64,000 nt of DNA from Octopus sinensis (lineage: Eukaryota), in assembly GCF_006345805.1 (NCBI RefSeq), contig NC_043002.1, forward strand, positions 94,488,001-94,552,000, in the 5' to 3' direction. The notes beneath the pieces were generated by a model, which saw nothing but the letters and a program-made list of their open reading frames with translations, was not told the DNA's origin and did no database searches. This document shows, piece by piece, positions 10,371 to 22,152 of the stretch; positions within the stretch are counted from its first letter, which is position 1; each line of letters starts with the position of its first letter. Position numbers and translations under genes: made by a program.

Positions 10371-10797
10371 AGATAGAGAAGGTAAATAGCTACTGCGTAA
10401 CTTTCTAAGCTAATCTGGACATGTTATAGGTAACTTAAAATTGTAACATATATATATGGCCCCAGTATAGCCACAGTCTTAGGGCTGAAACGTATAAAAG
10501 AATATATATATATATATATATATGAATGTATGTGCGTGCGTTCTCGATACGGGTCGAAGAGTATAACATACGTTGATTAATAAGATTTGTTGAGTATCAT
10601 CCGTTTTATGTGACATATACAAACTGTATACATGCTTGATTCTAACTGCCTGTGCCAAGGTCTTTTCGCATTGCATTACTCTCGCATTCTCTTTATCTCC
10701 CTCTCTCTTACTCTCTCCATCTCTGCAGTTCTATTATTCAAGTAGAATGGTGCATATAAGTAGTGAAAACAATTTTGGGCGATACCAATACCTTTCA

Positions 10798-10801
<4 letters not shown>

Positions 10802-10874
<73 letters not shown>
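10802..10874. repeat. (TA)n(GA)n compound microsatellite
   Basis: Direct reading. Confidence 0.95.
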
Positions 10875-10880
<6 letters not shown>

Positions 10881-11119
10881 ACATTTCTAAATATCTCAGA
10901 GAGATTTAAGCAGTAGTAGTACGATGAAGTAGTTCTATACTGTCATCTTAATGTGACAGTCTCATGAAGGGAATCATACTACTGCTATTTAGCTCCAGGA
11001 AGCAGTAACGCTTCCTGTCGGCCCTTTCAGGTGCAGAAACATTTTCTACACCTGAAGATATACACACTAAGACTTTTAAAAATATCCTTCTTGCAATCCC
11101 CCAAATGAAAATCATCACC

Positions 11120-11342
11120 ATCTAATTATTGGTTTCGAGTTTTGACACAAGGCCAGAAATTTCGAGAGACGAGTAAGTCGATTACATCGACCCCAGTGCT
11201 CAACTGCGATTTATTTTATCGAACTTGAAAGTATGAAATGCAAAGTCGATTTCGGTGGAATTTGAACTCAGAACGTAAAGCCGGACCAAATATCGCTAAG
11301 CATTTTGCCTGGAGTGCTAACGATTCTGCCAGTTCGCCGCCT
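11120..11342 (-). mobile_element. SINE-A short-tail copy
   Basis: Reverse-complement family motifs. Confidence 0.88.
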
Positions 11343-11365
11343 TATCACTATCTAAATATCGTTAA

Positions 11366-11732
11366 TCTCTCTATATATAAACGGCAGTTTGTCTGTCTGT
11401 GTGTCTGTGTGTCTGTCAGGTTGTACCCTCACCCTGACCACGGCTTTCAACCGATTCTGATGAAACTTGACACACACATAGCCCAATGTCATAATTCAAA
11501 ACTAACGCAGCGAAAATTTTAAAAAGTTCCCCCAGTTCTGAAAAAAATCGATAAATTCGACATGGGGTCGAGAATCAGAAACACAAACCACAGACTGTCT
11601 AGGGGACGCAACTCGACCTTTTTAACTCTAAAAAAAATTTACCATAATTTTTTTCCATTTTTTTGCTATTTTTTGGGCTATAACTCTCTAAAAATGCTTA
11701 CAAACCCCTGCAACGCCGGGCGATACTGCTAG
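11366..11732 (+). mobile_element. non-autonomous Helitron, 367 bp
   Basis: A|TCTCTCTATATATAAA start; (GTCT)n near the 5' end; 3' CCCCTGCAACGCCGGGCGATACTGCTAG|T; no TSD; inserted between A and T. Confidence 0.85.
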
Positions 11733-12577
11733 TTAATCGATAAAATTAAATAATCTAGAATGTAATAATCTAGAATGTAATAAAAACTAAGAAATAAATG
11801 TCTCTCACAATTTATAAAACCTAGTCAAATATCTAACTTCCAACACATCCAGAATTATGGAATATATGCCATTAACCAATTTATTTATGCAATGCTTTCA
11901 TCAGAAAGTAAATTCAACTGAATTTCATAAGACGTGTGTATCTTAAATAACTATTATGTCCCAGTTGTTACAATTGGAACGGACGCCCTCCAATCATGAC
12001 ATTTGTGACATGAGTGTGTATATGCGTCTATGTGTGTGTGTGTGCACACGAGTGTATGTACATATATGTATGCATATATACATTTGATATATGTATATAT
12101 GCATACATATATGTACATACACTCGTGTAGATAATTAAGTAACATAAACAGATTTCCAAAGTTCATTAAAGTTCTTTAAAGATGATGTACAGTCTTATCA
12201 CAGAATTTTAAAAAAGTTTTAATAGCATCACAGAGAAGGTGACTTAATCCATAGTTATTATAATAAAGTTTAGGCAAAAGAATTTGCTTCACCACACACC
12301 GAACTTTAGAAATAGCAGCCCCCAAAAATTAAAAAAACTAGCTATTTCTTCTACTGTAAGAAACAACCCCCAGACAATATATGCTCAAAAACATATCACG
12401 TAGGCAGAGAAAGAAAAAAACGAAATTCACGCGGCATTAGACTAACTGTGTACGCGTTTCGAAATTAGATAGATATGAAAAATGCAAGAATTGCATTTCC
12501 ATTCTGATCACTTTTCTCATCAGCTCAGTATTTCCATATATTCTAAATTTGGTAGCACTGAAAAAACCTGAACGTAC

Positions 12578-12699
12578 CTATCTGATTCCAGTAACCTCAG
12601 ACAAATTATATCCATGAACCAGTACCGCCGAATTCAAAACATGCGAATGAGGTCCCACATTCTCCCCTGTCCACGCATATGTGTTGTTAAGCAAAAATT
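12578..12699 (-). other. candidate exon, open frame ends in TAG immediately before the donor
   Basis: TTTTATTCTATAG|AATTTT...AGATAG|GTACGT; reads FLLNNTYAWTGENVGPHSHVLNSAVLVHGYNLSEVTGIR*. Confidence 0.2.
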
Positions 12700-13671
12700 C
12701 TATAGAATAAAATTGTAGTTTATTATCAGAGAAAGAATTGTATTGACAATAATATATATATATATAAGATGAAGGTAAAAGGGTAAAAGATTTAGAAAAA
12801 CAGAAGGGAGTGCATTCATTTGCCTACGTTATTCACCTTATTTTTATTCAAACACTCTGAACATTGTGTAATCTACCAACACCAGTTACAAAGTTTCAGT
12901 TCCAAATCGAAATCAGTCACTTCAGCTGGATAATGACGCCATTGTGAAAAGACAGGAACATTGCAGTAACCGGTTTGTGTGATGTTGTGATAGTAAAAAC
13001 AAAGCCATATTAATGCAATCTCGTTTACGCACAAATTATTACGTGACATTATTACATTAGACATGTGTCAATTCTGACATCTACATAACCCTACATACAC
13101 ATATATGAAGAGAAGTAGCGTGTGATCAAGATAAACTTAGACATTTATTCCTGACCAGAAATATATGCATTAAAACATACAGACATTCATACACATATAT
13201 ACACATGAATGAATGTACATAATCAGATAGATACATGCAAATATGTACATCATGTGTTTTATCTCAATTCTGTGCAATCTTTGAAGCTCACTTGTCGGAG
13301 ATATTTTTGTTTCATTGATAAATGAGGTTATTGCTTTCATTTTATTCTCCATAAAACATCCAATTCCGAATGTATATCACAGAATTGCTTTGCTTATTTA
13401 CAATAAAACTGTATTTACAATGTAAACAACGCTATTTGCAGATAATAAAAAGTAAATAAATAAAACGTTAATAAACACAGCCGGTAACCTTTTGAACCAT
13501 TAAATAATCTATTCAAAGGAGCCTTGCCTTTCATCCTTCCCTATCAATAAAAGTAAGAGTCAAGTATTGTAGTTGATAAAATAAAGAACCAGTGAAGAAC
13601 TGGATCTACAAAATTAATTATACTACTATACTCAATCAGGAGACCATGAGCCTGTATTAAAAATCAGTGCA

Positions 13672-13698
13672 GTAGTAGTCGAAGTAGTAGTAGTAGTA

Positions 13699-13758
<60 letters not shown>
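13672..13758. repeat. (GTA)n microsatellite
   Basis: Direct reading. Confidence 0.95.
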
Positions 13759-13759
13759 T

Positions 13760-14105
13760 GGGAGCATGTGTTGTAACAACGATGCCTTCGCTGCACCCAA
13801 GGCTTATTGGTGATTCCCGACCATTCCTGGTAGATGATGTGTTTGCACCACTCAGGTGACAACCTTCCAACCCATGTGTCTGTTTGGGTAAACGTTGCTA
13901 GTGAGAGTGTAATGAGATTAGAGTGCAGACCCTATTTCAAGCTCTTTTACTGGCCCTTTACGACACGCAGAGGGAAATGTTGGGTCTATTCTTTGACTCG
14001 TCGCTCCCCGCACAGCGACGTGTTTTGCTCAAGAACACAACACCGCCCCATGATTCGGAAATCATACCCATGATCTGATGATCGTGGGCACAACACTCTA
14101 ACCGT
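13760..14105 (-). mobile_element. old SINE-C (CORE-like) copy
   Basis: Reverse complement of GGTTAGAGTGTTG...GTGTTCTTGAGCAAAACAC. Confidence 0.7.
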
Positions 14106-14689
14106 AATAAAAGTTGCATTTCATCTTTCCAGGGATCGATGAAACAAAGTGCCACCCAGGTACTGGGGTTGATACTCGACTAAACTACTCCCTTTAAAAC
14201 TGTTGGCCTTGTGCCTAAATTAGAAAGCATTAAAATTATTTCTTTTGCAGGTTTTATACAATCACTTATCAGTAGTGTAATTATGGCCTGGATCTAGAGA
14301 AGATACATTAAGCAACTTGCATAGGGCGTTATATTATAGAAAGAAATATGTTTTGTACATATATGAATATATGTAAATTGCAGAGGTATATACAATATAA
14401 TTTAAATCAAGTGACGAAAGCCCACCTTTAATGTATGTTGCATTAATTGACGGGTACTCCTTAATTCATATTTAGACTGAGTGTACTGGCCAATACTACT
14501 TTGTATTCCCTGCAGATGATTTACCCAGGGTATTACTAAGCTGTCTCTCACGTCTGTTTCTTATCTCACCAAGGTCTTTATGATGAGTGGATCTATTTTC
14601 ATTCTAAGGTGCCCCGCCGTTTCAGTTTCTATCTCTAAGTATTGATATTTTCTTAATTTTCCAAAATCTTTTACTGATATAGTTTTGAA

Positions 14690-14985
14690 TGAAACACCGA
14701 TCTTTCAAGAGGTGAATTATTCAAACTCCAAAGAATTCCTCTCAACACATGGCTATGATGCTTTCCCACGACTTCTACTCGTGACCGGAGATGCACATAT
14801 AGTCGGCCACTAAGAGACATGATCAACTAGTAAGATCAAACAACTGACAAGCAAATCTGTGATATTGAGCAAAACATGTGCTGTAGCCTAACTTTTACAC
14901 CAAGATAAAACATGTACATGATAACACCTCCAATCAGTTAAGATCTGAAGTTATGAAAGGCACTGCTTACTACTGCATCAGGGCA
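14690..14985 (+). mobile_element. truncated copy of the (ATT)n-associated element at 61694-62246
   Basis: Shares CCTCTCAACACATGGCTATGAT, CAAACAACTGACAAGCAAATCTGTG and TTTTACACCAAGA with 61960-62246; followed by (ATT)n. Confidence 0.85.
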
Positions 14986-15739
14986 TTTATCATTACTGTT
15001 ACTGTTATTATTATTATTATTATTATTAATATTATTATTATTATTATTATTATTATCTTTACCATTATTGTTATTAGCAAATCTACCCATCTACGATGGA
15101 GGCATAAAATGAGGGAGGCAAGTCATAACAGCAGTATGTATTGAGAAATGTGTAAATAGACTTGATAGATTACTGGGTGATGTCTTAGGGAAATCACATT
15201 ATTATTGGTGATACAGCATTCTGTTGCAGCTATATGACATGTGTTTGCGACTAAGTGGCCTGTGATGACGATTCACTCCCAAACTGAAATAAGCTCCCAG
15301 CCTCTGTATCACGAATGGTTATGTGGATCATTCATAACGAAAGCCAGAGCTTCCTGCAACCACAACATAAAAAGTACTCAACAAAATGTTTTTGGATATA
15401 CTTTTATTTTAGTTGTTTACGCTATTTTACGCTTGTTTATACTCTTATACATTCAAAGTTCACAAATTTCCTTATTTAAATTATGAATCATATTCCTTTC
15501 GGTAATATCAATATGATTATAAAATTCCTTTGTAGACGATATTTTCTGCTTGGTCGACACTAATTTTCAAATCATTGAAGCCCGTTGCTCTACGCATAAA
15601 GACGCATAACTGGTCATGTGTAAACATCGGAGTGGGCAAAAATACACCTAGATGATCTAAAATCTGGCCCTGTGCCTTGTTTGCTGTGAATGCGCGAGCG
15701 GAATCTTCGAGAATCTGCCCATCTATGATGGGAAATAAA

Positions 15740-16253
15740 GGGATAATATCGCAAATCTAAACCCTCTAAATTCACGAACTATACGGTGAGGAAATCCAGA
15801 GTTAATCCTCGTCGCCGGAATTTTAACAAAAAAATCAAAGGTGAATTATAAATACAAAACTCAATATCCCTAAATAATCATACTTTTCACATTTTTCCCC
15901 GGTTACCTCCCTAATCTCGAAAACATCGTGACCATTGGTCCAGCCGTTTGGCTATGAAAAGGGAACAGACAGGCAGACAGACATAACGCCCATTATAGTA
16001 AGAAGTTGACTTACATCCCTTTGCTTCTTTTGTTAGTTATCTACTCCTTAATTTTTATTTACTTTTTTACGCCCTTAAACTGCAGAATTGCCCTCAAAAT
16101 TCACGAAATAATCATACTTTCTCACATTTTTTGATAAAATCTTCCTGGTTACCTCCTTTGTAATTCCGAAAAACATCGTGACTATTGGCCCAGCCGTTTG
16201 ACCGTGAAGAGGGCACAGACAAACTAACAGACGTAACGCCCATTATAGTAAGA
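15740..16253 (-). mobile_element. two tandem Helitron-like 5' fragments (5' ends at 16003 and 16253)
   Basis: Both start TCTTACTATAATGGGCGTTA followed by GTCTG repeats and CAAACGGCTGG; no CTAG 3' end found. Confidence 0.6.
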
Positions 16254-16630
16254 TTATCCCGTACTATTTAAATAGAATTGACAGTTTAAATAAAATACGC
16301 CGGTTTAACAGAAGTGACTTCGCAAGCGAATATTTTACTCTCAGTATTCACAGATATGCTCGTATACAACTAGCAATCTTTTACAACAATTTTGTTTCCT
16401 TGTCCATCTCTATTAAAGTCACTTATTACAAATACTACAGTCATTATCTATGTTGGGCTTAATATAGCTAAAGTTTAAATTACAGAAATCAACAGAATTC
16501 AGGAATATTGTTTTATTCAACATCCAAATATATTTTTTAGTCTCTATCACGAGATAGTTTTTTTTTTTTTTTGCAAACGATATAATGAATCACTTTAATT
16601 CAATAATATTTATTATCACTCCATTTATAG

Positions 16631-16719
16631 GTCCCATGACTCCAGAGAATGAAAAGAAAAAATCCCTTGCGCAGGATGGGAACTCTGAAACAAAAGTAAT
16701 CGAATTAACAACATCGTAA
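16631..16719 (+). CDS. candidate terminal coding exon (GPMTPENEKKKSLAQDGNSETKVIELTTS*)
   Basis: CACTCCATTTATAG| acceptor, phase 1, protein-like charged C-terminal composition; no family recognised. Confidence 0.3.
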
Positions 16720-18160
16720 AGAAATGCAGTCAGTAGCAGAAACTTCGTCACCTTGCTCTATTAAGTTAATTAAATGGATAGTTCTGTTTCTATCTATCTT
16801 CGTTTCCATTCCCAACGGAGCCTCTTATTTATGAGATCGTAGAGTACTTCGGAATTTAACACGCAGAAGTACTCCATGTTAGCAAGGAGAGAATGAAAAG
16901 GTAGGTGTAAATGCTTTGACTAATCAATAATGCTTTTCTCAGATACTTTGGCTTTACTTTTACTCGTGTTTAAAAATAATTTAGTAAGGGTTGTTACCTT
17001 TAAGACATTTGATGTAAGTTTATAAATTTCTGAAACGATACCATTCGTTACATAAATTTCTAATCTTAGAAATCTTTGAATAGGCAATTATTCTTAATTT
17101 TTAACCAGAGAAATCTTTGTTTTAATTGTGAACAAAATATGACACTTCTTATCTTCCGTTGGCTGAGAGGGGTGAATACTATCATAACCAAAGCTGAAAA
17201 GAAAGAAAAGGACAAAATATTACCGTTTTTTAAAAAGTAATATCACGGGGTGATGAGGAGTATCGAAAATGGTAAGGGTTTTCTGATTCAAGTGTCAGAA
17301 ACTTATGTGATATTGGTGCGAGTCTTTTCTGTTGTGCAAGCTTAGTTTAACATCTTTCGAACTTCAGGTTACTTAAATATGCTACAGTCTCTCCGATGCA
17401 ACTGGCTGCAAATTGCTGATTTATTTAGAAGAATTAAAGAAAGCGTTATCTCCAACAAGAGTTGAAATAATAATAAGAAAAACACTGAAACAATGCAAGA
17501 TTCGATAAGATAGGCAAACATTTGCCTTCTACACACTTTATGTAATAGTCTTGGCATACATTATTTGCTTAAACAATTGTTGCTTTTATGCAATCACCTT
17601 AAAAGGCCATCAAAACCATATCATATAATTGTTGTAATTTCCTTCTAACTACAAAATCATTCATTTATTCAGTGGTGTTATTGTCCCAATGAAGCTGATG
17701 CAGCTAATAAAACTTCATCTTCACTTACACTTTGTATTCATAATAGCTGTGTTTCAAATTTATCACCGACATTTATTTTTTTTATTTTCACTTTTAGTAG
17801 AAATCCCAGAAAATTGATTAATGTTAAACTATACCTGCCTTCATTTGATTCTGTATATCGTTTGTATTTGAATTTTAATCTATTTCAATTGAATTTCTTT
17901 TAATTGTTTCAGATATTTTGACAGACTTCTATATATAGTTTCGTCATTACTTCAGAGGTGGAATTTTATGGAGATTTTGTATGCGTATCATTATCGGTCA
18001 CGAGATTCATGCGCTTATATATATATATATATATATATTTAACAATTAAGGATAACTTCTTAATAAGGAATCTTAACAAGAAATTATCAGGTAGATAGCG
18101 TGAAAAACCTCATAAGAGAAAAATTTCGGAAATAATTCTTTCTTATTGAACATATTAATT

Positions 18161-18522
18161 TATATATAGAGGGCATTATTACATATAAATGCCTCACGCT
18201 AAGAGGGACATAAGTAATTTCTACCGAAAAATTTTACTAATCATACCCATGTGCTTCGTTGGAATAGAGCAGTTGGCTGTTCGACTTTGACGGTACTGGT
18301 CGTTTATTTATGATATGTTCAGAATCAGTCTTACTGATGAGCATGGTCGCAAATTCTTCTGCGGTAAGTGCGAAATCACAGGTGATATAAGACTAAATTC
18401 ATTTTTTTAATGTCTTGCTTTGAAAAATTGCATTGGGTATGATTAGTAAAATTTTTTGGTAGAAATGACTTATGTCCCTTTTAGCGTGAGGCATTTATAT
18501 GTAATAATGCCCTCTATATATA
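18161..18522. mobile_element. (TA)n-embedded element with 89-bp inverted arms enclosing a hammerhead
   Basis: Arms 18161-18249 and 18434-18522, 3 mismatches. Confidence 0.85.
18327..18394 (+). ncRNA. type I hammerhead ribozyme
   Basis: Stem I AGTCTTA (18327-33) / TAAGACT (18388-94); CUGAUGA 18334-40; stem II GCA/TGC plus inner CGCA/TGCG; GAAA 18372-75; stem III TCA-cagg-TGA; AUA triplet with predicted cleavage after 18387. Confidence 0.85.
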
Positions 18523-18555
<33 letters not shown>

Positions 18556-18560
18556 ATATA

Positions 18561-18613
<53 letters not shown>

Positions 18614-18655
18614 GTAATATATATATATTATATATATGTATATATATATATTATA

Positions 18656-18742
<87 letters not shown>

Positions 18743-18770
18743 ATATATGTATATATATATATATATATAT

Positions 18771-18832
<62 letters not shown>

Positions 18833-18833
18833 A

Positions 18834-18925
<92 letters not shown>

Positions 18926-18930
18926 TACGT
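18523..18930. repeat. long (TA)n / (TATG)n tract
   Basis: Direct reading. Confidence 0.95.
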
Positions 18931-19404
18931 ATGTGTGTTTGATGCATATGCGTATGCTCGGACAAAATATATTAGTGTATATTTATATGCACATGTTTCG
19001 TTGATAGTGTGAAAATGTTTATGTATTTTTTATATACATTTAGGATTTGTATGCGAATGTAATGATATTTGCAAAACTGTGGGTATGTACATAATAATTT
19101 AAATAAATGTACGTCTGTTAGCAAAGATTTCAACATGGGAGTGTATGAGGCCTTTTGTAAAATGCGCCAAGTTGTACTTATGTGTGCATGTATGTATGTA
19201 TGTGTGTGTATATACACACACATATATATATATATATATATAGTAATAATTGAGTAGTTGAATGAATTATCTTATTATGGATAATTCGGTTAACCGATAC
19301 CTGGGTAGCAAATTCACGTCAGAAAAACACGGTTGAAGCTACATGCCTAGGGCAGAGATCACGTGCTATCGTGTAGAAATTTGTGTGTTTTTGTTAAATA
19401 CAAA

Positions 19405-19520
19405 TAAATGAAAGAATGCACCCCTTATTCCTTCGAAATTAGGAATATGCAGCCTTCGAAACATATGTCGAAAATAAAATAAAGGAATTTTGTTAATTCG
19501 TCGTTCAACTCCATTCTTTC

Positions 19521-19525
<5 letters not shown>
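19405..19525 (+). mobile_element. truncated relative of the 7.8-8.3 kb element, with a half hammerhead and 14-bp inverted ends
   Basis: TAAATGAAAGAATG / CATTCTTTCATTTA ends; TTCGAAAC-ATAT-GTC at 19455-69; shares TCGTTCAACTCCATT with 8276-90. Confidence 0.75.
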
Positions 19526-19560
<35 letters not shown>

Positions 19561-19773
19561 CAATCATAAATCTCTGAGTTAGATGTAAACGGTAGCTGCA
19601 TAACATAATGAAGTATATTTGCCACTTAAATGTGGCCGACTCAAATGGGACAATGTTACTGTAGTTTATAGCACCAGGAAGACATCTTCTCCTGTTGGGT
19701 AACGACACACTGTGTGTGCCCGATCAGTATTTGCGAAGGAAACTCATTGTTCCCATCTCTAGCCTGATGTGAT

Positions 19774-19820
19774 ACACAGGGATCCGGGTTTCTGGGTAGT
19801 AACCCGTCATCAGTGTATGA
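19774..19820 (-). ncRNA. decayed type I hammerhead
   Basis: CUGAUGA (19813-07), c-GGGT-tact-ACCC-a, GAAAC, CCGG loop, AUC. Mismatches at the base of stem II and in stem III, 2 extra nt before stem I. Confidence 0.55.
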
Positions 19821-19840
19821 CAATCACTGGCTAGGGATTG

Positions 19841-20415
19841 ATTCTTTATTATGATCACGTGGATCGAACATAGAGGGGACAGCTGAAGACATTACAAAAC
19901 AAAGATTGTGAGTTCGTTTGCAATAAGCGAATGATGCATTTACAATGAATGTATTTACAATTTTAATGAAATTTTTTTTACATTTTGGCCGGAGAGTCCA
20001 CCGGCTACACCGTACGGATTTACTATGTATTTAAACAGATTCTCTCACATCCAACTTCCTCACCACATCTTTCCAGCTTTTCTTGTATATGCTTCGCGAC
20101 AGGCGTCCTTTCTCCAGCCCTGTCTTGCTCTTCATATGGTATCTGAAATAGTAGAGCAAACCAGGCCCGGAGATAAAGGTTCTCGTCGCGACTCATTTCA
20201 TCCTCGTTTTTCTATATACACTCTTTCAGAACGGCAACTGTGCATAACAAACTGGCTTCCCCTTCCTTTGACAGTCCGGGTGGCGGTACAATCTTAATCA
20301 TACACTCAGCTGATAGCTCTATTCTTTCTAATTGTTCCGCGTAAACTATCAGGCCTGAAATCTCCACACAATGAACAAGGGCGTGCGGGACGATTTCCTC
20401 GTCTCACCCGGACCT
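19841..20415 (-). mobile_element. Tx1-clade LINE 3' fragment (ORF2 C-terminus, 3' UTR, tail)
   Basis: Reads DEEIVPHALVHC...IKIVPPPGLSKEGEASLLCTVAVLKECI, homologous to the 59-kb fragment; tail TGTCCCCTCTATGTTCGATCCACGTGATCATAATAAAGAA. Confidence 0.8.
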
Positions 20416-20429
20416 GGTATACATGCATA

Positions 20430-20666
20430 AGGCGGCGAGCTGGCAGAAACGTTAGCACGCCGGGCGAATTGCTTGGCGGTAATTCGTCTGCGTTACGTTG
20501 TGAGTTCAAATTCCGCCGAGGTAGACTTTGCCTTTCATCCTTTCGGGGTCGATAAATTAAGTACCAGTTACGCACTGGGGTCGATGTAATCGACTTAATA
20601 CCTATGTCTGTCCTTGTTTGTCCCCTCTGTGTTTAGCCCCTTGTGGGTAATAAAGAAATAGAAATA
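20430..20666 (+). mobile_element. SINE-A long-tail copy with 14-bp TSD
   Basis: TSD GGTATACATGCATA at 20416-29 and 20667-80. Confidence 0.95.
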
Positions 20667-21082
20667 GGTATACATGCATATAAGTGCGTTTGGGGAGTTG
20701 GAGACGAATAAGTGACAAGGTCTGTATATGTCTGAGCGTAGGCTTGCGCGATTTAAATTAACCCAGAATTTTAAGTGTCTGATAAATTAAAATTATAAAT
20801 AAAAATTATTTTAAAATATATAAACATGTACCAGTCTGTATTAATTCATTAATATCATCGAATTTATAATTCTTGGGATTGAAACGAATTTGTCAGTCAC
20901 TGAAAAAGCTAATAAGAAAAGAACTGAGAAAATACCTTTTATTCAATTATTGACATAAGTCTTTGTGATATGTCTTACCAGAGAGGTGTTTTGTAGTAGC
21001 ATCTTACATTGCTTCATCAGAAGCCTAAGGTTTTCACAGTAAAATTAACTCAACAGTTGTACAGTAACGAAATTTCTATACC

Positions 21083-21310
21083 TATTTCTGTACTACCCAC
21101 AAGGGGCTAAACATAGAGAGGACAAACAAGGACAGACAAACGGATTAAGTCGATTATATCGACCCCAGCGCGTAACTGGTACTTAATTTATTGACCCCGA
21201 AAGGATGAAAGGCAAAGTCGACCTCGCCGGAATTTGAACTCAGAACGTAGTGGAAGACGAAATGCGGCTACGCATTTCGCCCGGCGTGCTAACGATTCTG
21301 CCAGCTCGCC
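21083..21310 (-). mobile_element. SINE-A long-tail copy with 14-bp TSD
   Basis: TSD GAAATTTCTATACC (sense GGTATAGAAATTTC) at 21069-82 and 21311-24. Confidence 0.95.
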
Positions 21311-22125
21311 GAAATTTCTATACCATCGCAATGAATTCCCTCATTTGTTTCGCCTTCCTCGCTGAACAATATACCCCGGAGTATAAAACTAATTAAAATG
21401 TGTCATATTGTATCTTCAATGACCAAGGATTAATTCATATGCGCATAATAGCAGACGTTTCAATAGAACATGAAAAAAAAACAATACATTATGATGACTG
21501 TTCTGTTCTGAGCATTTAATTCCTTGTTATAGTGATCAATTATTGAAGAATTACTTCCAAAGAATAGCATTACTGCCTGCTGCTATCATTGTCATTTTCA
21601 CTACAACAATGATGGAAGACTAGCCGTGAGGCGAAATGTCCCCTTTCAGAATACGTCTTTTCTGATTCAATTCTACTGCGCAGTATTTTGGGCAAGTAAT
21701 TTCTGCTGCAATCTTTGAGTAACCAAATCGTTGTGAATGAAATTTGATAGATAGCATATGTACGGAATCCCGTCAGAGAGCACTTTCCTGTCCCTGCAAA
21801 AAAAGTTTGGAACATTTTTAAAATCAAATTTGTTATGCCGCACTACAATTCGATTTAAATATATACAATGTATATATTTGGGCATTTAATACTAAAATTC
21901 TAATTTTCAGGCCTATGTACCAAACTTTTGACCAAGTAATAATATATTGCAAATTAAATATAACTTTGGGCATTTGATATAAAAATTTTAATTTTCAGAC
22001 CTATGTTTCAAACTTTGCTGTAATATACCGACCATATTGACATTGAGTGTTTTGGGCAGAGTTCACTTTCCTGCGATCATTAGGTATGTCTCCTGTTTGA
22101 CAGCAGGTTATTTCTTTCTTTCCAG

Positions 22126-22152
22126 AAGTCTCAGAGACACTGAAAAGGGATC
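22126..22152 (+). other. candidate 27-nt frame-preserving exon
   Basis: TTATTTCTTTCTTTCCAG|AAGTCTCAGAGACACTGAAAAGGGATC|GTGAGT; two frames open. Confidence 0.3.

Noticed and set aside
20965-21025. Minus-strand CUGAUGA-AGCA...TGCT; also CUGAUGA at 51518, 43475 and about 27895
   Set aside because: GAAA is missing or displaced and the stems are incomplete.
21570-21885. Strong minus-strand acceptor at 21794 with two open frames; also ORFs at 34477-34659, 35755-35958, 41719-42039 and 61220-61417
   Set aside because: No donor, homology or partner exon to support them.
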